Source: an uncultured Phaeodactylibacter sp.
GTDB taxonomy: Bacteria; Bacteroidota; Bacteroidia; Chitinophagales; Saprospiraceae
Direction of reading: 5' to 3'
Assembly (NCBI GenBank): GCA_964572415.1
Contig: CAZNHN010000002.1
Span: forward strand, 2,381 to 66,380
DNA length: 64,000 bases
Shown here: positions 56,830 to 64,000 of the stretch, piece after piece
Layout of the letters: every line of letters begins with the position of its first letter
Position numbering within the stretch: position 1 is the first letter of the stretch
Notes under the pieces: model-generated
Database searches by the model: none
What the model was told of the DNA's origin: nothing
What the model saw: only the letters and a program-made list of their open reading frames with translations
Made by a program: the position numbers and the translations under genes

Positions 56830-57100
56830 GGTTTGAATTGGTTTAGTTCTTAAATTTAGGGATACACCGTGGCTTTTCCAATTGTGCGTGTTTGGTTTCC
56901 GGTTGTCCCCTAATAAAAGGCATAGAAGGCGCGGATAGTTTGAATCACTACTTTCTATTGTTTACTTAAATTAGCGGCGGGGTACAATATAAGGGCCTGT
57001 GCAACGTCCCTTCTTGTAGTCTTTCTTGCTTTTTTAATACAAAGAAGCATTCCCCCGCCCGGTTTGCGGGGAGCAATGCCGAATAACCGTAAACGTCAAT

Positions 57101-59423
57101 ATGATGCGCCAGTTTCTACTGTGGGCTTTTGGTCTTTTTTTATTTTGCAGTTCCGCCAGTAGCCAAAACCCCATGCCTATCGGTCAGTGGAGAAGCCATT
57201 TGCCCTATCAGTCCGGTCACTCAAAGTGCAGAGAAGGTCTACTTTTCCACTGAATTATCAGTACTCTCAGTAGACAAAACAGATTTTGCAGTAGATTTCA
57301 TTTCCACCGTTGATGGATTAAGCAACACTGGTGTGGAATTTATCCGCTACAACCCCTTCAGCAACATCCTCATCATCATTTACCAGAACGCGGTTATTGA
57401 CCTCGTTTACGAAGACGGGGAGGTCATTACCCTCAACCAGATTCGAAACTTCCAAAGTTTTGCAGGTGAGAAACGCATCAATGACATGCATATCCTCAAC
57501 GATAGCATCGTCTACCTCGCTGCGACGTATGGCGTTTCTGAGTTGGATATTTTGAATACGGAGTTTCGGTCAACTACCCTGACCGGCGTGGAAGTCGAAA
57601 GTGTGCACGTATTTGATGGTGACCTTTACGCTGCTACCGGGGAGGGTATCTACCGTATCGCCGCTGATAATGTCAACCAGGATGACTTTGGCAACGGCCC
57701 CCCGGAAGGGTTCCCCGCAGACTACAGTGCCCGTGGATTTGAGACGTTTGATGGGGCTTTATACGTTGGGGTCAATGATACAGCCTTCCGCTACGAAAAT
57801 GAGCAACTGGAATACTTTTACGCCGAAGAGGGCAGTACGCTGCAGTTCATGTCTCACGAAGGCACCCTGCTGCTTGTGGGTTTTCGGCCCGGCCGGGTGG
57901 TCTACCTGCACCCGGATGGCAGGACAGGAGCGTTGCCATTCAACTGTATTTTCACGCCTAATTACGCGATAGAGGATGAAGGGGGCAGGCTGTGGTATGG
58001 CAACGAGGCCGTCCGTTCTGACTTCAGGTACGAAGCATCCTTTGAACAGGGCTTTTGTGAATCGCTGACCTTCAACTCTCCCTGGTCTGAAGCCGTGTGG
58101 AATATGTCCATCGCCAACGGGCAACTGTGGATGGCTTCGGGCGGGCTGGATCAAACCCTTAGCCCCTCTTTTATCTCTGACGGCTTTGCATCCTTCACAA
58201 ACGGGCAATGGACGGTGTATAACCGGGACCTCCGCGATGAACTCAAGGGAGATGACCTCAACAGCTCCGATGATGATATTCAGGTTTTCGTGACTTCCGC
58301 TATTCATCCGGAAAACGGCAAAGTCTATATGGGCAGCTACATCGAAGGTTTGGTGGAAATCAACCCTGTTACCGATGAAATTACGGCTTACAATACTGAT
58401 AACTCAACCTTACAGATTGCCCAACAGGACATTCGTGTACGTGTGGGCGGGCTTGCATTTGATGAAGATAACAACCTGTGGGTAGCCAATAACGCTGCCC
58501 CTGCCCCACTTTCTGTGCTCATGCCGGGAGGAGAATGGCGAAGCTTTCGGCCTGTCTGCCCCCAGAATGCCTTGCTTGATATTGCAGTAGATGGAAGTGG
58601 CTATAAATGGTCGCGCATAGGCACAAGCAGTGCAGGCTTACTGCTATTTGATGAAGGGGAAATGGACGACCCCAATGACGACCGCTGCCGGGTTTTCACG
58701 GCCAACAACAGTGAGTTACCTAATAATGATGTCAATTGCGTGACTGCCGATTTGGACGGGGATATCTGGGTGGGCACCACAGAGGGCGTGGTCATTTTTG
58801 AATGCGGCAGCAGTGCCTTTGATGAATCCTGCATCGGTACACGGCGCATCGTGGAGCAGGATGGCTTTGGAGCCCGGCTTTTGGAAACCGAGAATGTAAT
58901 CGCTATTGCCGTAGATGGTGCTAACCGGAAATGGATCGGCACCCAGAATGGTGTGTTTCTGCTTTCCCCCAGCGGGGAAGAACAGATAGACCGGTTCACC
59001 GCTGCTAACAGCCCCTTGTTTGATAATGCTATCGTGGATATTGCCGTAGACCAGCAAACCGGAGAAGTTTTTTTGGGAACAGCCAAAGGCATTATTTCTT
59101 ATCAAAGTGATGCAGTAGCAGGTGGGCGTGTGCACCGTTCTGACATATTGGTGTACCCCAATCCCGTTCGGGAAGATTATGAAGGCCCGATTGCTATCAA
59201 TGGGCTGGCGCGTGATGCAGTCGTTAAAATTACCGATGTAACCGGCAAGCTCGTGTTCGAGACCAATGCCCTGGGCGGACAAGCCATCTGGAATGGCCGG
59301 GACTATAACGGGCGGAGGGTACAAACCGGAGTATACCTGGTCTTCAGCAGCAGCAATGCCAGAAATACGAGCCTGAATGCCCGCCCGGATGCTGCAGTGG
59401 CTAAGATTATGGTCATTAACTAA
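57101..59423 (+). pseudogene. porZ: T9SS component PorZ (beta-propellers + CTD) with a frameshift near 57212-57218
   Basis: Frame from ATG 57101: MMRQFLLWAFGLFLFCSSASSQNPMPIGQWRSHLPYQSG, stop at 57251-57253. The body (VTQSAEKVYFST...VDGANRKWIGT...VYPNPVRE...WNGRDYNGRRVQTGVYLV) is in the +1 frame. Confidence 0.8.
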
Positions 59424-59446
59424 GGTTGTACGGCAAAAATACCTGC

Positions 59447-60580
59447 TTAATAAACTGCAGTCTTGACGATCTCCTCATAGTAGGCTTCATACTCGGGCAG
59501 GATATTGTGGATATCAAAACGCTTGGCCTGAGCCAGTGCATGGCGCCGGAAGGTTTGCAGCTTTTTATCGTCTTTAAGAATACTCAGCGCATTACGGGCC
59601 ATATCCTCAACGTCACCGACCGGGCTGAGGTACCCGGTTTTACCGTGGATATTCACTTCCGGTAATCCGCCCACATCAGAAGAGATCACGGGGACTTCGC
59701 AAGCCATTGCTTCCAGTGCTGCCAGGCCGAAGCTCTCACTGCCGGAAGGCATAACGAAGAGGTCAGCAATAGCCAGCAGCTCTTCCACCGCATCCTGTTT
59801 GCCGAGAAAACGGGTTTCGTGGCACAGTTCCATTTTGCGGCAAAGCTCCTCCAGATTGTGCCGCTCCGGACCATCCCCGATCAGCAAAAGCTTGGAAGGC
59901 ACTTCTTTATATATCTTTGCGAACACCTTCAGGACGTCATCCACACGCTTCACTTTCCGGAAATTGGAAACATGCACGATAATGCGCTCTCCGTTTGGCG
60001 CAATTGCTTTTTTAAAATGGTCTTTGTTGATTTTTCTGAAGCGCTCAAAGTCAATGAAATTATTGATTACTCTGATATCATTATGGATATCGAAATACTC
60101 GTAAGTTTGTTGCTTGAGGCTTTCCGATACAGCCGTAACGCCATCTGACTTATTGATAGAAAAGGCGACAACGGGTGCGAATGCGTTGTTATTTCCAACC
60201 AGGGTGATATCTGTACCGTGCAAGGTGGTAATCACAGGGATGTATTTGCCCTCGGTGAGCAGTATTTTCTTGGCCATATAGGCTACTGCTGCGTGCGGAA
60301 TAGCATAATGTACGTGCAGTAAGTCCAATTGAGCAAACTTCACCACATCGACGAGCTTGCTGGCCAGTGAAGTATCATAAGGAGTGTACTCAAACAGCGG
60401 ATAGTCTTCGGTAGCTACCTCGTGAAATACCACATTTTCATGGAATGCCGACAGGCGTGCAGGACGTTTGTAGGTGATAAAGTGGACTTCGTGCCCCTTA
60501 CGGGCTAATCCAAGGCCAAGTTCTGTAGCGACAACGCCACTTCCTCCGTAGGTGGGGTAACAGACAATCCCTATTTTCAT
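59447..60580 (-). CDS. bshA: N-acetyl-alpha-D-glucosaminyl L-malate synthase (bacillithiol biosynthesis)
   Basis: MKIGIVCYPTYGGSGVVATELG, LHVHYAIPHA, TTLHGTDITLVG, HVSNFRKVKR, ESFGLAALEAM. Confidence 0.95.
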   Translation of the reverse strand: MKIGIVCYPTYGGSGVVATELGLGLARKGHEVHFITYKRPARLSAFHENVVFHEVATEDYPLFEYTPYDTSLASKLVDVVKFAQLDLLHVHYAIPHAAVAYMAKKILLTEGKYIPVITTLHGTDITLVGNNNAFAPVVAFSINKSDGVTAVSESLKQQTYEYFDIHNDIRVINNFIDFERFRKINKDHFKKAIAPNGERIIVHVSNFRKVKRVDDVLKVFAKIYKEVPSKLLLIGDGPERHNLEELCRKMELCHETRFLGKQDAVEELLAIADLFVMPSGSESFGLAALEAMACEVPVISSDVGGLPEVNIHGKTGYLSPVGDVEDMARNALSILKDDKKLQTFRRHALAQAKRFDIHNILPEYEAYYEEIVKTAVY

Positions 60581-60750
60581 AAGCGGTGACATGCCCTGCT
60601 GCAAATAGTAGCAGGTTGAAGTTTTGGTTTGCTTAGGATTGATACGTTTGGGGGCATAAATAGTTTATTTTTTAACAACAACGGGGCGCCCCTGCCATTC
60701 GCAGAAACGCCCCGCTTCGGGCTGTCGCCCACAGGCAACGCAGACTACCG

Positions 60751-63612
60751 CTACAGACCGGCTTTAATTAATTTAGCCGTTTTGACCTGCCCGTCTGCAA
60801 AAATGCGAATCAGGTACATGCCACTATCGTACCGGCTGAGGTCAACAGGATAGGTCCCTTCTGTAACCTGCTGGTCCATGGTTTCAAACAGGAGCTGCCC
60901 CATGGTATTAAGCACCTGTATGCGGGCATCCACTGGCTGCTTGAAAGCCACAGTCAGCGTACTCTGCCCGGACGTTGGGTTAGGAGCCAGGTTTACGCTC
61001 CCTATGTTGTCCAGCTCGATCGTTCCTACCATTACATCTACTGTAAATGTTTTGACATCCTGGCAGCCGAAGCCATCCGTAATAGTAACGGTGTACTCAC
61101 CAACTCCGAGACCGGAAATCACCCGGGTAGAGTCATTGGTACTCCATACGTAAGTGAAAGGCCCTTCGGAATCTACCGGCAATACCTCAATACTGCCATC
61201 TGCCATGTCCATGCCACTTGCACCGGTGACAGTTGAGTCAATTGTGATGCCATTACAACGGCGGACATTAATATTGTCAATATCCAGCCAGTAATCGCCT
61301 TCGCCCCAGATGCCTTCAAAGCGAACACGGATGTACTCTCCCTCAAATTCGTCCAGCGGTAGTTCAACCGTTGTCATCTCGGCTGATGGAATATGGTTTG
61401 CACCTGTAATATTGAAGACATCAGTATAGGTTTCTCCACAATCAATGGAGATGCTCGTCTTCAAGCTGTCCGTGTCTGACAGCACTGCTGCTTCTGTACT
61501 TGGGAAGAAGTTGACATAGCGGTAATCAAACCGCAGTGTGTCTCCGGTTTCGACAGGCCCCAGCACCGGCATGTCCATACCGATAGAATCATTGAATGAC
61601 CATATATTGGCATGTATAGCAAAGGATACATTGTTGTGCCCGTTTGAAACCGCGACACTTGGGCTAACGTCCCAGCCTTCCGGTACTCCGCCCGCTTCAA
61701 AGTCTTCCCGATAGGGTAAATCTCCGGCAGTCTGGAAACGGAACACCGTAGTGTCATTGGCTTCAAAAGCATCTCCGTCCAGCATGGCCCAGGCACGAAC
61801 CTCATAAGCTCCTGGTACGGAGGAATCAAATGTTTGTTCAAACGTGTAAACGATTTCATCGCCCGGAAAAACAATCGGCAAACCGGTCGTTTCCATTACT
61901 ACCGGACCTCCATTGACGGAGTAAGCCACTGGAATATCTTGTTGTGGGTCATCACCAACGTTACGAACAGTGAACGTCACCTGGTCGTCAGGGCTGCCGC
62001 AGGCTACATCTTCCAGCGTGGAAATACCAGAAGCAGCCATATCATCGGCAACAGTTGGCCCAATTAGTATATTGTCAATTCCAATTCCTTCCCGGGAGAC
62101 AGAACCATCAGATGAAAACACAAAGCGTACTTTCACGTCCGTGGAATCTGCCGTGTTAGGCAGAATATTCTGTACGTAGGCCCAGCCTTCAAACCCACCG
62201 GTTCCATCCCACCAGTCGTTGAAACCATCATTGTACCAGTTCACGCCAGTCTCAGCTTCGCCAACCTTTGACCAGTTTTCCCCATCATCAGTTGACACTT
62301 CCAGCCAAAGCTCATCACAGCAGGATTCTGACTCGAAATTCATAAAGAAAGCGATTCGGGGGTCTTCATCCAGCTCACTGAAATCTAGGCAGGGCGAGAC
62401 TAAATAGGAGATTTCACTATTGTTGTAATCTCCATCCAGGTTGGTGACCCAGGCATTTTCACCACTCACAGCACTGTTGATCAGCGTACCGGCCGGCACA
62501 CCGTATTCCCAGGTAGCTTCGCCGTTGCCGTTTTGCTCAACGGTCCAGCCACCTCCCCACTCTTCAAAAGTCTGATAGTAAGGATAAGTGGTTACTTCGG
62601 GGATATTGACCACTAGTACACGAGTAGTATCGTTCATCCGGACACTATCGCTCTCCAGATCTGTCCAAACTTCAAAGAGGTATTCTCCGGGCTCGGAAAG
62701 GTCGTAAGGAACATCAAACCGAGCAATATCAGTGCTATCCGTACCGATGACGCCAGTGAAGAGCCCGTCTGTAGGCATATTCACGCCACCGGGAATGCCA
62801 TTGACTGCAAAATTATAAGGGATAAGCGATTGAGGCAACCCACCGAAATTGGAGATGGCAAGCGTGATGCTGTCCGCCACACCCAGGTTGCATGCCGTTA
62901 CCGGGTTCAGCAAATCTAAAACGCCAACATCATTGGCAAAAGGCGTGGCAAAATCAAAGGGCCCTACAGTAATACTTGTATCACCGTTGGAACAAGCCGC
63001 GGCAAGGTATATTTCGTACCCGGTATTTTCTGAAAGATTGAAGAGGGTTGTGGAAGCCCCGGGGATTGTCTTTAAGGTACCCGTACCCGGCATAAACCCT
63101 GTTTCTCCCAGCTCAATGATCGTCGCTCCCTCAGGATCGGAAGGCACCAACGATACATCTGCACGAAAAGCACGAATATTTTCAATGTCTACCGAACCGG
63201 CAGGTGGCGGCGGACAGGAAGGGCAAACCGCACTGGTGGAAAAAGCAACACCTGACTGAGGAGTGCCAAGCAGGCCATCTTCAAAGATGATGGTGAATTC
63301 AGGGTTGGTTAGGTTATAGGAAACCTCTGAGCCAAACCCTCCAACTGTAAAATCCAGGATTATCGTATCTCCTTCTGTCACGGTAAGCGCAAAGGAATTG
63401 AAACTTCCATCATCATTTATATTGTCCAGTGTGTAGGTGGTGGTCGTACTCCCAATCGTCACTTCCAGAAAACCGCCATTCCAACCATCACCAAAGCTAT
63501 CGAATAGATTGAGCGTGTATTCGCAGGATGTCTGGGCGTTCAGGGTACTGCCGCCTAACAAAACCGGCAGCAAGATGAACCAAAGGGGGCGCAGGGTAAA
63601 ACTCCGCTTCAT
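60751..63612 (-). CDS. T9SS type A sorting domain adhesin-like protein (CARDB-like, MAM/cleaved-adhesin-like, SprB repeat)
   Basis: Signal peptide; DSFGDGWNGG module; NDVGV / DDMAASGI CARDB-like starts; SYLVSPCLDFS; DGSIEV...YVWS...SGLGVGEYTVTITDGFGC (SprB); CTD LAPNPTSG...SGMYLIRI. Confidence 0.85.
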   Translation of the reverse strand: MKRSFTLRPLWFILLPVLLGGSTLNAQTSCEYTLNLFDSFGDGWNGGFLEVTIGSTTTTYTLDNINDDGSFNSFALTVTEGDTIILDFTVGGFGSEVSYNLTNPEFTIIFEDGLLGTPQSGVAFSTSAVCPSCPPPPAGSVDIENIRAFRADVSLVPSDPEGATIIELGETGFMPGTGTLKTIPGASTTLFNLSENTGYEIYLAAACSNGDTSITVGPFDFATPFANDVGVLDLLNPVTACNLGVADSITLAISNFGGLPQSLIPYNFAVNGIPGGVNMPTDGLFTGVIGTDSTDIARFDVPYDLSEPGEYLFEVWTDLESDSVRMNDTTRVLVVNIPEVTTYPYYQTFEEWGGGWTVEQNGNGEATWEYGVPAGTLINSAVSGENAWVTNLDGDYNNSEISYLVSPCLDFSELDEDPRIAFFMNFESESCCDELWLEVSTDDGENWSKVGEAETGVNWYNDGFNDWWDGTGGFEGWAYVQNILPNTADSTDVKVRFVFSSDGSVSREGIGIDNILIGPTVADDMAASGISTLEDVACGSPDDQVTFTVRNVGDDPQQDIPVAYSVNGGPVVMETTGLPIVFPGDEIVYTFEQTFDSSVPGAYEVRAWAMLDGDAFEANDTTVFRFQTAGDLPYREDFEAGGVPEGWDVSPSVAVSNGHNNVSFAIHANIWSFNDSIGMDMPVLGPVETGDTLRFDYRYVNFFPSTEAAVLSDTDSLKTSISIDCGETYTDVFNITGANHIPSAEMTTVELPLDEFEGEYIRVRFEGIWGEGDYWLDIDNINVRRCNGITIDSTVTGASGMDMADGSIEVLPVDSEGPFTYVWSTNDSTRVISGLGVGEYTVTITDGFGCQDVKTFTVDVMVGTIELDNIGSVNLAPNPTSGQSTLTVAFKQPVDARIQVLNTMGQLLFETMDQQVTEGTYPVDLSRYDSGMYLIRIFADGQVKTAKLIKAGL

Positions 63613-63907
63613 ATAATTTTCTTTTTTACTTTTGATAAGTCTACAGCAGCTATTTTAGCATGTTTTTTGGATAGCTTATGTTGTGCCATTGATTACCATA
63701 AACATGCCCTGTATTAAGCGTGCTAAAATTAAGGAAAAAATCTAATACCCTTCAGCCTCCTTCACGTCACCTGGCTGCCAAACCAGCCAGAATCTACCAA
63801 AAGTGATTTTATTTAAACCTTTTAACCCTTTCGATGTTAAAATTTCGACCTTACAGGAGCCCAATGCCTGGACTCACATAACATACTGATTTAAAAGCAA
63901 TTAAAGC

Positions 63908-64000
63908 GTGGCCGTTTACTCCATAAAGGACTTAGAAAAGCTTTCGGGCATCAAGGCACATACCCTTCGGGTGTGGGAGCAGCGGTATGATATTATTAAG
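63908..64000 (+). CDS. MerR family transcriptional regulator (CarH/LitR-like N-terminus), partial
   Basis: Not in the ORF track. From GTG 63908: MAVYSIKDLEKLSGIKAHTLRVWEQRYDIIK, a MerR HTH; runs off the right edge. Confidence 0.85.
   Translation, partial: MAVYSIKDLEKLSGIKAHTLRVWEQRYDIIK

Noticed and set aside
60682-60714. CGGGGCG...CGCCCCG inverted repeat as a REP element
   Set aside because: 7-bp stem with a long loop, and the sequence is not repeated elsewhere in the window; at most a weak terminator.
1-64000. CRISPR arrays, tRNA/rRNA genes, IS elements, integrases, prophage genes
   Set aside because: No regularly spaced direct repeats, cloverleaf or rRNA-like segments, or transposase/integrase/phage motifs were recognised by eye; tRNAscan and Infernal were not run.

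Overview
A 64 kb window from a Bacteroidota chromosome. The phylum call rests on T9SS/PorZ genes, a SusC/SusD pair and TAnnTTTG promoter elements; a Saprospirales-like host is my inference only. Housekeeping genes include nadE, anmK, tsaE, hflX, the nucleotidyltransferase-TPR-DUF4292-envC block and bshA. Accessory modules: (i) a HipA-like kinase/DUF3037 pair; (ii) a chryseobasin-type RiPP pair, i.e. a lipobox-bearing precursor ending CPACGMG plus a DUF692/MNIO enzyme, with no ChrI-like partner visible; (iii) an ~800 aa GAF protein whose C-terminal half appears to carry divergent class III nucleotide-cyclase motifs, two genes from an HD-hydrolase/Pycsar-effector fusion, which is the best candidate here for an undescribed cyclic-nucleotide signalling or defence system; (iv) SusC/SusD followed by three ~1100 aa FG-GAP/VCBS-ASPIC lipoproteins and no CAZyme; (v) a GNAT-symporter-M20 amidohydrolase-two-racemase cluster converging on rimK/aspartoacylase; (vi) three modular non-catalytic T9SS cargo proteins. 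Several genes are broken (in-frame TAG in the M20 gene, frameshifts in porZ and an SH3 gene, a 12-nt collapse in a VCBS gene), which may be assembly artefacts. I found no rRNA, tRNA, CRISPR array, transposase or integrase. All family assignments come from motif recognition, without database searches.
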